Below, piece by piece: positions 37,972-51,095 of a stretch of DNA of 64,000 nucleotides. The first letter of the stretch is position 1. Every line of letters begins with the position of its first letter. A program made the translations under genes and the position numbers. Under the pieces are notes generated by a model that was not told the DNA's origin, searched no databases, and was given only the letters and a program-made list of their open reading frames with translations. The DNA comes from the human T2T-CHM13v2.0 reference genome, Homo sapiens: the NCBI RefSeq assembly GCF_009914755.1, contig NC_060938.1; one strand, written 5' to 3'.

Positions 37972-40760
37972 AATAAAAATATGTATACACAGAGATTTTC
38001 CTATATGTATTTGTGTGTCTATACAAATGTGTGTGTATGTACCTACATACACATATACTTACACTCACATATAATTGCGTGAGTGAAAAACATACATATG
38101 TTAATTGGAATCATTCAAAAGTCATGTTTATTTCTTAGTATTAGATACTTTGCTAGATTCTATGGACACAAAGGTGAGAAATTTACAGCCCTCAAATAAC
38201 TCATGAATATATACATTATAAAAGTATATTTATACATACATATACTCATGCACACACATCCTCTAATCAAGCTGGAAATCATTCCCAGAAAATATGTTTG
38301 TCGTATGTTAAAAAACAATGGTAAAATGTCGGAAAAACTGGGTTCTAGTCATACCTCTTAAATACTCTTTCAAATTTTGCATCCTATGACTTCCCTGGCT
38401 ATTTAAAAACACTAATTGACTTAGTTAAGCAACTAAGAAAATATGTCTCTATGGAACAAACCTAAGCATTAATACAAATGAGTTACTTGCAAATAATTTC
38501 CGGGACTAAAGAGACCATCAAAGTCATACATGTAAGCTCATAACCAAGCCTTGACCCTCCTCCCCCAAAGTCCAAGCCATTTAATTGCCTTTTATTAATT
38601 AAATGGCTTGCTTACTTATTTTTCAAAACCTCCAGGAAATGAGAAACTCTAAATTAGAAAAAAAAATGTATCTTTTCTATTTACGGAGGCATATTAACTA
38701 TGCATGGTATATAATTTACTAAAGAGATCACCTGTGTGCTCTCCATCCAAGAATAAGAAACGGAGCCCTTCACAAGGGGTGCATGTATGCCCTTCCAAAT
38801 CTCATTCTCTCCTTGTCCCCCACTACACTGCCATTTGTAATAAACATCCTCTTGGGCTCCTTATAGTTTTATCATTTTATCACATATTAGTTTTGCCTGT
38901 TTGTGAACACTGTATAAATTGAAAGCTTACTGAATATTTTCCTCTATGGCTTGCTCCTTTGTTTTGGAGATTTGTTTGTGCTGTGCATGAAGCTACAGTT
39001 CATTTATTTTCACTGCAGTTTCATTGTGTCAATTTGTTTATCTATTAAACTGTCAATGGTTTGAGGCTGTTCCATAAAGTCTTTCCATGAATACCCTTCA
39101 ATCTGTATCTTTGTGCACTTATTTTCCATCAGGTAGATACTAGAAGTAGAATTTCTGTGTCATGGAGTATTTGCATTTTCGACTTTATTAAGGGAGAAAA
39201 AATTATTTCCCAAAGTGGTTCTACAAAGTTCAGCAACAAGAGGAAAGATTCCACATCTTCTGCAAACATTTCATTTAGTCAGACCTTTTGATTTTGCTGA
39301 TCTTATTATTATAAAGTGGAGTCTCTATTTGTTTTTAATTTATATTTCCTTCATTAATAATTAGGTTGACGCTTTTTAATGTTTGTTGATCATTTGAATT
39401 TATTTCTTGTTTTTTGAAGCAATTGCCATATTTCTACCATTTTTTTAATTGAGTTGCCTTTTTTATTCTCATTATTTGGAAAAGTGAGTAGAACGAAGGA
39501 GTTCTTTTTATGGTCTGAACGCTTGTGTTCTGTCATTTATATTAATTGAAAATTTCTTCTTCCCACTGTGTTTTTATATTTTCACTTTCTTTACAGTGTC
39601 TTTTGATGAACAAAAGTTCTACTTTAATGTAGCTGGATTTATCAATTTTGGGGTATTTTGTGGATTATTAAAAACTCTTCAAAAATTTTCTCATATTTTT
39701 TTCCAAAAGTGTTGTACTTTTGCCTTTTATTTAAAGTTTTAAATCTACACTGAACTGATTTTTATGTATGTGCATCGGGCAGTGGGAAGGAGATAGGAAT
39801 CCACTTTGCTTTCCTCCCATCTCTTCTCTACTTGGCTAACCAATTGTCTCAGAATAATTTATAGTAAAATCCATCATTTACTTGCAACGTCATTTCATTC
39901 ATACATCAATTATGTTTTAGTCTACTTCGGGGCTCTGTTTTAATATCCTTCTGTCTATTTATCCACCCCATTGCCAAAATCATATTACCTTAAATATCAT
40001 AGTATTATAATGAGACTTGATATGTGGGAGAACAAGACTTCTACCTTGTTCTGTTTCAAGAGCATCTTAGCTTTTTTAAACTTTTACTCATCCATATAAA
40101 TTTTAGAGTCAGGTTTTCAAGTAGTACGCATACACACTTAAAAACACACATACTTAATGGAATTGGCATTTCTATGATGCTGCATTTTCTAATCTATGGA
40201 CTTAGTACCTTACTCTGTTTGTACCTCTTTTAATCATTCTCAATAATTTTTTGTATATTTTTGCATAGACATATTGCACTTCTTTTATTTCTATGTGTTT
40301 GATATTTTTATGCTATGTTCAATTTTTATTTTCTATTTGATTCTGGCATTTAGAAATACAATTCTTTTTTGTAAACTGACCTTCTATTTAGTAACTTTGA
40401 TAAACTCACCTATGAATAATTTATTATAGGTTATTTTTGACATTCAATTTATGCAATCATGTCTTCCATAAATAATGATAGTTTTGCTCTATCTATTGAG
40501 TGGGTCTCATTATTGTTTTCCTTTAGTCTTTAAATATACTAGATTATTTCAATTGATGGTGTGATGTTTCATTGTTTGAATGTGATAATATTTTGTTTGG
40601 CTGTAGCATCTATTTGCATGAGTGGATTGGTCTGCAATTTTCATTTCTTTTGCTGTCCTTGATAGGTTTTGATATTAATGTTATACTTGCCTGATAAAAT
40701 GAATTGTGTTCTTTCTTTTTACTAGATAAATTTATGTAAGATTGTAACTGTACTTGATTT

Positions 40761-40936
40761 TTGTTTTTTGAAGCAATTGCCAAATTTTACCATTTTTTAA
40801 ATTGAGTTGTCTTTTTTATTCTCATTATTTGGGAAAGAGGGTAGAAGGAAGGAGTTCTTTATGTGGTCTGAACACTTGTCATCTGTAAGTTATATTAATT
40901 GAAAATATCTTCTTCCCACTCTGTCTTATATTTTCA
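40761..40936 (+). repeat. Direct copy of 39407-39584
   Basis: Manual alignment ~88-90% identity over ~177 bp. Confidence 0.9.
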
Positions 40937-42949
40937 GATTGTTGTAATTTTTTTCACAACTTATAGAAAAATGATATAAACTTACTTATAGCTTACTCTG
41001 TGAGCAGATTTTTAATCACTGTTCCAATTTTTTCTAATTATTAAAGGAATAATCAGGTTTTCTAATTTTTAAACTTTTAGTTTTCTGGGAATTTTCACTT
41101 ACCTGAATTTTCAGATTTATTCAAATCAATTTACTGATTTCTTATATGATTTTTAATCTGCCTTTAAAAATTTTGTCTCCTTAGAGTTTTGTCAACTTAG
41201 TTTATAGTTTCAGAAAAATCAACTTTCATCTTTGTTCTTGTTTTATGTTTGTAGTTTTTTAAAATTATTTTCTGCTTTTTCCTGTTACATACTTTATTTT
41301 ACGTTTCATTTATTTTGCTGTTTCTCTTCTAACTTTTTAAGGATTATTTATATAATTAACTCATTCTTCAGCCTCTTTTCTTCTGTTATACATTTAAGGC
41401 TATACATTTTCATTAAGTGCTGCTTCCAAACTAAGTAAGCTTTAATTTTAAAAGATGTTATATAGTATTTTCATTTCTAAATGTTTTCTAATTTTCTGCA
41501 TGATTATTTCCTTGAGGCAAAAGTTATTAGAAGAGTGTTCCTCAAGTTCTGAACCTATAGAGCTCTTCTGATTATCTTAGTATTATTCATTTCTAGCCTA
41601 ATTGCATTGCTGCCCAAGAATAAGGGTGATATATACCAATTCTTAACAATTTTACACTCTTATTTTATTATCCAGTAAGCAATCATTTGTTTATAAATGT
41701 TCATCATGTGCTTGGAAATAATGTATAATTGTTTTATAATTCTGAACTATGTTTTTAATACATGTTTATTAATTGTATTGTTGAAATCACCTATATCCAT
41801 ACTGTTTTTTTCTCCTGCTATTCTCTCATTCTCTGAGAGAGCTACATTTAAATTTCCCACTATTTTTATGTATTATTAAGTGTATGCAAATATAAAATTG
41901 TATATTTCTGGTTTTATTTTTATATGAAGTTATCCTCTTTATTTCTAGTAATGCATTTTGCCAAATAGAGTAGTTTGTCTCATCTTAATATAACTCTAAA
42001 AATTCTCGTTTTATTGCTATTGGTATGATTTTTCCTTTTCATTCTTTTACTTTCAACATTTCTGTTTTCTTCTAATTTTAGCTATCTCTTAAAAACAAAA
42101 TAGAGTTCAGTTTTATAATTTAGTTTAACAGTACTTGTTTTTTAATTTATTTCAGTTACAGTCAGTATAAAATTATTGACATATTTGACTTTAAAGCTAT
42201 TATTTGTTTTTCTGCTTTATTTTTCCTGACATTTTATGTTTATTTTTGTTCTGTTTCTTCTTTTCTTTTAGCTTGAATAAGTATCCATATTTTTTTGTTT
42301 CCTCTACTAATTCAAAAGTATACATTAAGTATACATTATATTTTTCTTCTTTAAGTGCTTACCCTTACAATTACAACATAATTAATCAAACAATAAGTAA
42401 CTTTACTCTTCTTAAACCTTAAAACATATTTACCACATTTTATAAATTGTATGCTATCAACATGTACATTGAGGCTTTGTTTTTACAAAGACATTATGTT
42501 TATTATTTATAAGGTTAATATTTGTTTGTATTTATTCACATAGCTACTATATTTTTTTCTTAATTTTTGCATTTCATTGTTTCATCTGGGCTGACTTTCT
42601 TCAGTAGAATTTTTTTTTAGTGAGGTTCCACTGGTAGAATATTTTTGGATTTTGTTTGCCTGAAAAATACCTTCATTTCACTCTCATTTTTGAAATATAT
42701 TTTCACTGGTCAGAATTATAGTATGACATTGATTTATCTCAGTATATAGGGTATATCATAACACTTTTCTGTCTTTCATTGTTGCTGTAGAGAAGTCAAC
42801 TCAGTCTCACTACTGCCTCTTTGAAGCTAATCTCTCTTTTCTATATGTCTATCAATATTTTTTCTCATTAAAGGTTTACAATTTGCTGTGTGTGGATTTA
42901 TTTTTATTAATCCTTCATGATAAATGAAGGATAAATTCTTGAATCTGCC

Positions 42950-43843
42950 TGTAGTAGGCAAAATTCTAAGATGGTCTGCAAGATTCCTACCCTCTGGTGT
43001 ATATAATCCTCTCCTCTTGAGTTTGGAAGCAACTTGTCAATCTGGTGGGATTTTATTCCTGTGATGAGGTGACAAAGAAGTTTATATGACAAAGGTGAGG
43101 GATTTTGAAAATGTAATTAAAATGTCTAATCAGTTGACTTTGAGCAAGCACTTTAAAAATGAGAGGATCCAGGCCTTCCTTGAGACAAAAATTTGGAATA
43201 AGAGAAATTTTCCTGCTTGTTTTGAAGAAACAAACAACCATGCATGAACTTCCAGTGGAGGGGTATGTGACAAGGACCTGAGTGTGGATTCTAGTAGCAA
43301 AAAGAAACATGTATATATATAAACATATATATATGTCTCTCTCTCTCATATATATATATGAGATATATAGATATATAGATATAGATATATGGCAGATATG
43401 GCAACCTCTCCTGGGGTTCCTTCTTCCTGGCTACTATTATAGTTCATTGTTTTCCAGTTATGTTCACTTTTCATTTACAGCTTGATTTAATGAAATCTTA
43501 AAAAGGGTGGTTAGTTTTCTAATGCAAATATCTACATATAGATATATATGGAGAGAGAGAGAGAGAGGAGGGAGGGAGGAAGGGAGGAAGAGCATGTTAG
43601 TCTTATACTGCAAGGAAAGAAATTCTGTGCACACTACTGAACTTGGAAGAAGACCCTGAGCCTTGGATAAGACCGAAGCCCTGGCCAACACCTTGATTGG
43701 AGCCACCTTGTGAGACCCGGAGCAAAGAACTTAACTAAGTTGTGTACAGATTCCTTACCCACAGCAACTGTGGGATAACAAATTTGTGGTGTTTTAAGCT
43801 GATAAATTTTTGGAAATTGTTTACATAGTAAAAGGAAACTAAC
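42950..43843 (+). mobile_element. MLT1E-like MaLR LTR carrying an internal microsatellite/templated insert
   Basis: TGTAGTAGGCAAAATTCTAAGATGG start, CTAATCAGTTGACTTTGAG, GTGAGACCC.GAGCA.AGAAC, GGAAACTAACA end. Confidence 0.85.
43399..43527 (+). repeat. Direct copy of 46891-47020 embedded in (TA)/(GA) repeats
   Basis: Manual alignment gives ~9 differences in ~130 bp. Confidence 0.93.
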
Positions 43844-44332
43844 ATGGTAGGTCAGTAGTTTTCATCCCTTCTAGAAAACTCTCAGCTATTTTCTTTTCAA
43901 ATATTGGCTCTGCCCTCACTGTTTTTTTCTTTCAGAAATTTTAATTAAACAAATATTAGACGTTTTTCACTCTATTCTCTATGTCTCAAAACAGATGTTA
44001 TCTTCTATCTCTTGGTCTTTGTGTAATGTACTCTGGATAATATCTTAGGGTGCCCCTTCTAGTTCACTAATTCTCCATGTGTGTCTGTTCTTCTGTTAAC
44101 CTGTCAGTCAGTCTTTAATTTAATGATTGCTTTTTCATGTCTAGAAGTTCTAGTTGTTTTTTTTCAAAACTGCTTGTTCATATTCAGGTAAAAATATTTC
44201 TAAAGTGTTTTCTATATTTTCCTGCTTTCATTAGAGGTGCAGATATGAGGCATAAAGGAACCATTTTTTAGTTTATTAATATATAATATTTCCTCTGGTT
44301 TCCCAATAGAAATAGCATTGACTATACCCCCC

Positions 44333-44333
<1 letters not shown>

Positions 44334-44377
<44 letters not shown>
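44334..44377. repeat. (CA)n microsatellite
   Basis: About 22 perfect units. Confidence 0.95.
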
Positions 44378-44378
<1 letters not shown>

Positions 44379-44750
44379 ATGCACATACATACAAAATTAG
44401 TAACTATTTTCTACAATGAAAGTCACCATTATCAGAAATTTAGTTATATCTCTGTTAGATCATTGGACATAACTAGTGATCATAACTCTGTTACAGATTC
44501 CTCATTCTGATGAAAATCTGGGGAATGTCAACCATAAAAAAGGAAGAACCATGAAGAGCCATATGTTTGTGTAAAATTCCAGGTCATGAAAACTGTGTGT
44601 GCTAGCACCCCCTAAGGCTGCTACCTCTTACATATATGGGGTGGAAGTTTAGGTTTGGACAGAACAGTGCTAGGTGGCTGGGCTAGGACTCTCTTTTGTG
44701 CATGTCCTTGTTTCATTCTCCTTCTAGCTTTTACAGTGTATTTCTCTAGC

Positions 44751-45051
44751 TTCCCCACCACCGCCCCCCACTGAGACAGAGTCTTGCTCTGTTGCCCATA
44801 GCTGGAATGCAATGGCGCAATCTCGGCTCACTGCAACCTCCGCCTCCCAGGTCCAAGCAATTCTCCTGCCTAGCTTCCCAAGTAGCTGGGATTACAGGTG
44901 CACGCCACCATGCCCGGCTAATTTTTGTATTTTTAGTACAGGCGGGGTTACACCATATTGGCCAGGCTGGTCTTGAACTCCTAACCTCGTGATCCGACCG
45001 CCTCGGCTGCCCAAAGTGCTGGGACTATGGGCGTGAGCCACCACACCCAAC
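44751..45051 (-). mobile_element. AluS (Sg-like) with a G-rich tail
   Basis: Antisense dimer, TSD TTTCTCTAG (44741-44749 / 45052-45060); tail region is C-rich on + instead of poly(T). Confidence 0.87.
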
Positions 45052-48000
45052 TTTCTCTAGTCTTTATGAGCTCATTCATGAATAAGCTTCATAGCATTTC
45101 ATATATAGAGAAGAATTGGAAGAAATTACTTCTAACAAAGTCAATGCTTTCATAGTGATAAAATCAACTGGAATATTGTATTTATAGAAACTTATATTGA
45201 CCTGACTGCTAAAAAACATAATGCCTGAGTCTATGGGTAAAGTCACCTATTTATCTTTTATATACACCCTCACCCCAGTTTGGAATTCTTTATGGTAGAT
45301 GTTGCCTTTTCCTTTCATCAGGACAAAGCTCAGCCAGGCTGATCAGAATAAGAGAGGAAAGGGTAAAGTGTGGAAAGGGCACCAGTCAGGAAATCCAGTC
45401 ACCATGGCACCACTGACTCAGAGATGTTTGCTGGTCTCACCCCTACTCTATTGCTAGTTTCTTTATCTGAAAAAATTTAAATAATTTGAGCAGTCAAAAT
45501 TCTATGGTTTTAGACATAGCTGAGAAATTTCAACAGCTATAGAAAAGGAAATTATTTTTTAATTTCCTTCATCTCTGCTATTTTTTTCCCTTCCTCTTTG
45601 CCTTACGAATATTTTTTATTATGTTTTAAATTATGGGGGAAGAAATCTCTTATACATTTAGATGGATTTTTCCTGGTTTTATTTGTTTTTCTACTCGTGC
45701 CAACCAGTGTAATTATTTAATAATACTTACTGCATAACCATGGGCATAGCTGGTAAGCTTTTTGTTACTATTTTTATTCGGCATTGCCAAGAGACATTTG
45801 AACCACATACAAAAAACAGTACATTGCAATTTAGGATTTTACAAACACAGACTTATTTCTTTTCCAAGTTTTAAAATTTATTTTTAAGAAAATATTTCCA
45901 TGTTAATGATAATATTTCCTTGTTACCAGTAAAATATAATCAACTATTTCCTCCATTTTAGAACAAAACAAACCATACCTATCTCAGGTCAAATTCTGTT
46001 AAAGGGAGGAACAAAAATATCATATATAATGACTCCTCTAGGCAGACAGGATATCATTAAATAAATTGTTGCTCTAGCTTTGGAAATGTCACCTTATTGA
46101 CCTGAAAGAATTCCCATAATTCTGGAAGATCAACAATTTATTCCACACACAGGAATAAGAAGAAAATAGGGCAAATGTAAGTTCACCTAAGGATGATTGA
46201 ATGTCATCACAAATTTGAGTCCTAGTTCTTACCTTCAATTTCTCACTCATGTGTAAGCATAGAAAATAAATGGATAAGTGCTTCCCAAACAACTTAAATG
46301 AAGGGACCTGAGGGCATGAGCTCGCCTAAATTCTAGGTCGCAAGAATGCTGACCTAGTCACCTGTCACCAACTTTCTACAAAAAAAGTCTCATTGTAATT
46401 TTCTAATGACTCCTTACTGACTTTAAAATGTTAATGTAACTTCCTAACACTGACCTTCTCCTAGAGACTGATAATCAGATTCAGTAAGTCTAATATTTCT
46501 TTCTGTAGGAGCACATGAAGCTTATCTTTTTATGAGCCATACAAAGAAACCAAAGTAGTCAAATTCTCCTAAACAATTAAAAGTATACTGCACCAACTCC
46601 TCATGTCAAGGCTAAATGTCAACAAAGACTGCAGTAGTTAGTAAATGTTTTCATTATAAAATTAAATTTTATTGATCTCTTTTGCATAATCCATTTAAAA
46701 TTTCTAAACTGAATCTTCATTTTGCAGTACCAAGAATGAAAGTAATTATCTGCTTGCTATTGCCATATTAAAAAAAAAAAGAAATATAGGGAAATGTTTG
46801 CTTTAAATGTATAAATCCTATTTATTTCCTATTGGCTATTGGCATGTAAAGAGTTGAATTATTTGACCAAAAAAAAAAAAAAATTTTATTTGGCAACCTC
46901 TCCTGGGGTTTCCCTCTTCCTTGCTACTATTATAGTGGATTATTTTTCAGTTTTGTTCACTTTTCATTTACAGCTTGATTTAATGAAATCTTAAAAAGGG
47001 TAGTTAGTTTTCTAATGCAATCCAGATGAAAATAGTAGTGTAATTATTACCACCTTCAAATTCATTCTGGCTTCAACTTTTTTTGTCTTTATAATTTGGT
47101 ACTTTCAAATAACATTTTAATGATGCATAAAATTAATAAAGGGTGAGTTATATTACCATTGTGACTGCTTGTCTGGTAATAAATGGAAGACTGAATCCTT
47201 GATGGAATTTTTATAACAGGAAAAATAATTAAATGGCCATATCATTATTATCAAGGAGGAGTTATTAAAGTACAGTGTATTGCCTCTTACACAAAAGCAT
47301 TTTGTTCAGCAATTTGAAAATGAAAATGGAAAGAGTAGTACATGGGGAATTGGCTTTATGCATTAAGATATACAGTCACAGCAACTGTATAGGTATATGA
47401 TTTAAAATATAATGGGCAAAGTATTGTGCAAGAAAAAATAAGTAACAGTTCCCTCCCACAAGAGGCTGTGCTTGAATGCTGAAGTAACATCAACACATAC
47501 ATGTAAAGGAGAAGCCTGTGAGACTGGATTAGGCAAAAGAAAAAAAATATGTCCTTTTCTCTAGGAATTTCAGACTAATGAAAAAAATGGACGTTGTTCA
47601 AAGGAATATGAGTTGGTGAGCTGCAACATCACCATATCTGTAGTAGTGTCAATATTTCCATTTTATTCAAATACAATGGGCACTACTTTTTTCTTTTATT
47701 TCTTGTCATTGTTCTCTTATGCATAGAATAAAGAATTTTAAAACCACAAATTTAAAGGATATATTTCAATTTTTAAACATTTTGTCATATGTGTAATCAT
47801 ATATTACCTATTCTGTTTTAACCTTTTAAAAGAAAGGGGTAATATGAAAAACTCCGTGGTAAATCAGACTTCTATCACTTGTTTTAAATTTTGGTATCTA
47901 GTCCATGGTGTCATTCATTTATTCATTCATGCACTAAATGTATGTTGAGCACTTACTAAATATCAGGAACACTTAATAGGTTTAGATTGATTTACTTCAC

Positions 48001-50362
48001 TTGATTTACATAGCAATCAGCCAGCTACTTAGTAACTTGTGTTTGAGCAGTAACAGGGCGCAGAAAATCTTAGCCCATCTGTGGTAGCTTAAAAACTTGA
48101 AAGCACAGTTGGCATTTACTTTTTACCTGGAGGAGAGCACTAGAGAGTTCAGAAGATCCCCCCTTCATCCAGTTTTTAAAATATGCCAAAGAAAGAACAC
48201 ATAAATGGAAAAGTACTACAATATTTATGGAGGGGGATAAAGTGAAAGTATTTGGTAAAAAAGTATTCTTGGACAGATAGGAGTCTGCTATGAAACTTAT
48301 TTTTTTAAAGAATTTCTCCAAGTCGTTAATTCTAAGGTTTCTGCCTCTGCTAGATCCTTTTTATTCTGTGTCTACTCACACCCCTGATTGATCATCCCAG
48401 GCCCCTTTGGTAGGGCTGCAGGAAAAGCACCTAAGCTGTGAGGCGACTGGTGGAGGAGAAAGAACTGGGTCCTCCAATTCCCGCTAGAGTAGACCCGAGA
48501 CTCTCACTCAGGCAATCCTCCTCTAACCCTTCTCTCAATCATCTCCACTTTGACCACCTCTCAATCCAACGAAGGTGGTCTCAGCCTAGTCTGCTTCCGC
48601 ATACAGCGTCTGAGGCTAGAATTCCAGGCCATTCTGGAAACTGTTGTTCCCCTAATTTTACATGAAAGAAGATGTTGGTGGGGTAGAAAAGAAGATGTCT
48701 TTCTCACACATTTTCCCAGAAAGTTCTGTCTTTCTCTCCATCCCCAGCAGGGATAGGAAAGGAAACTGTGCACACATCACAGGAAGGGTGCCAGTTATAC
48801 TTCATTTATTTTGTTCTGCTTGGTTTTGTTTAAGCTTTTCTGGCCTAGACAAAAAGTTAGCTAATTTGGCTTCACTAAGCCAGTGTATGGTATAGGGGAC
48901 ATTTGGGCCTCCATGTTTATTTAGAGCTCTTCATTTTGGATGTGAGGCCTGAACTTACTAAGTTCATAACTTACTAAGTTCATGCTTGCAGATCCATTGC
49001 CAATAATTAATTAGAGAATCTTAAAAAAAAAAAAAGCCAGAGAACACACACACAGAGGCATACACCATCAGGTGAGCTAGGTACAATAAAATAACAAAGA
49101 AAACAATTCAAAGAAAGCAAGAAATTCCAGGAAAGAGAAAAAACATATTTCATGGGTATGGAAGTTGAGATCAGCTCTGTGCTTGAGAGCTGAAGTGGAG
49201 TACGAATAAACGTTTGGGGAAAAGCAGAGACTGAGAAGCATATACCTATTATTGGTGAGTTCTTTATCAACAATCTGTTATGAATTAGTTGTATATCCTT
49301 GGGGAAAATATTGCTCTGCTTTTAATTTTCTTGTTTTTTAAAAAGATGAGATGACCTTTCAGATTTTTCCTAGCCTTACTAATAGTGATAGTAACAATAA
49401 TTTCTAATAGCAGCTATTATTTATTGAGAACCTACTATATTATCTGAAATAATTCTCTCAAGCAGTAGTCATCATCCTAACAGAAGAAAAGATGGCTCAG
49501 AGCTGTCCAGTGCTTATACACAGTCCTACGTTTTACCTACAGAATATTTTCATGAGATGCAAAAAGTTAAGAGAAATGGATAACAACTATTAATTAACAA
49601 TACATGAATAATTTCCACATTTACAATGTATTGCCTAATCTTATAATAAATGTTTATTTATGGGCCTATTGTATAGCAAACGATAAAGTAGTATACCATA
49701 AAGCACTAGGCTGGGAACAAGGGACCTGTCCGGGGATGCGGAGCTGGTCATTACACCCCGTGGGTCGTTTTCACCATCTCTGAACTAGACCTGTGTTTCT
49801 GAATACAGATGAAAAGTTTGGGGGTCTGTGAAACTCCTGATATTGTATATAAAATTATAAGATTTGTATACTTATGTGGATATATCCAACATTGTGGGGA
49901 TAGGGCCCCAAACTTTCACTAATGTCTAGAACAATGGTTTTTAATCACTAAAATTTTAGCATCGTGATTCTGGATGATATTGAAGTAATCTTCAAGCTCT
50001 GGCTTGCATGGCTAGATATACAAAGTGAGTGTCTCCTTGCTTTGCGCTTTGCTTTCTATTTGTGAGGTTCATTCTGAGAGGCATATCTCTTTCACCACTC
50101 TTTCCATGAGTGGTCCACCTGAGCACCTAAATCCTTCCATAGAAACTCTTTAAAACGCCCCCTGAACTCTCTTAAAAGGACCTCAGATCAAAAATGTAAA
50201 CAAACCAACAAACAAATTAAAATATGCATTCTACAAGGAAGAGTACATCAAAATAAAACAGCCTAGCTCTTGCTTTATAATGAGAAAATGAACCAGAAAC
50301 ACAGTTTTAAGAAACTGGTTATACGAATCATAATGAACCATAGTACGTACTTAACATTTTCT

Positions 50363-50687
50363 ATTCTTTTTCTTTTTCTTTATTATTATTATTATTTTTT
50401 TTTGAGACGGAGTCTCGCTCTGTTGCCCAGGCTGGAGTGCAGTGGCCCAATCTTAGCTCACTATAGCCTCCATCTCCCGGGTTCAAAAGATTCTTGTACT
50501 CCAGCCTCCTGAGAAGCTGGTATTACAGGCGAGCACCAACACATCCAGCTAATTTTTTATATTTTTAGTAGAGATGGGGATCTTACCACGTTGCCCAGGT
50601 TGGTCGTGAACTCCTGAACTCAGGCAATCTGCCCACCTCAGCCTCCCAAAGTGCTAGGATTACAGGCATGAGCCACGGTACCTGGCC
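50363..50687 (-). mobile_element. Alu (S/J), antisense
   Basis: T/(TTA)n tail, GAGACGGAGTCTCGCTCTG...CCTGGCC, TSD about TACTT..CATTTTCT. Confidence 0.9.
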
Positions 50688-50690
50688 CTA

Positions 50691-51095
<405 letters not shown>

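Larger units (their letters stand above)
38680..44330 (-). mobile_element. Old L1M (L1ME/MC-like) antisense, fragmented, interrupted by MLT1E
   Basis: Long T-rich stretch with L1 antisense motifs (GTGTCTTTTGATGAACAAAAGTTCT, CATCCATATAAATTTTAGAGTCAG, GTTGCTGTAGAGAAGTC). Confidence 0.7.

Noticed and set aside
42910-42932. 9-bp stem hairpin ATCCTTCAT-GATAA-ATGAAGGAT
   Set aside because: Short, inside an old L1, plausible by chance or a local template switch.
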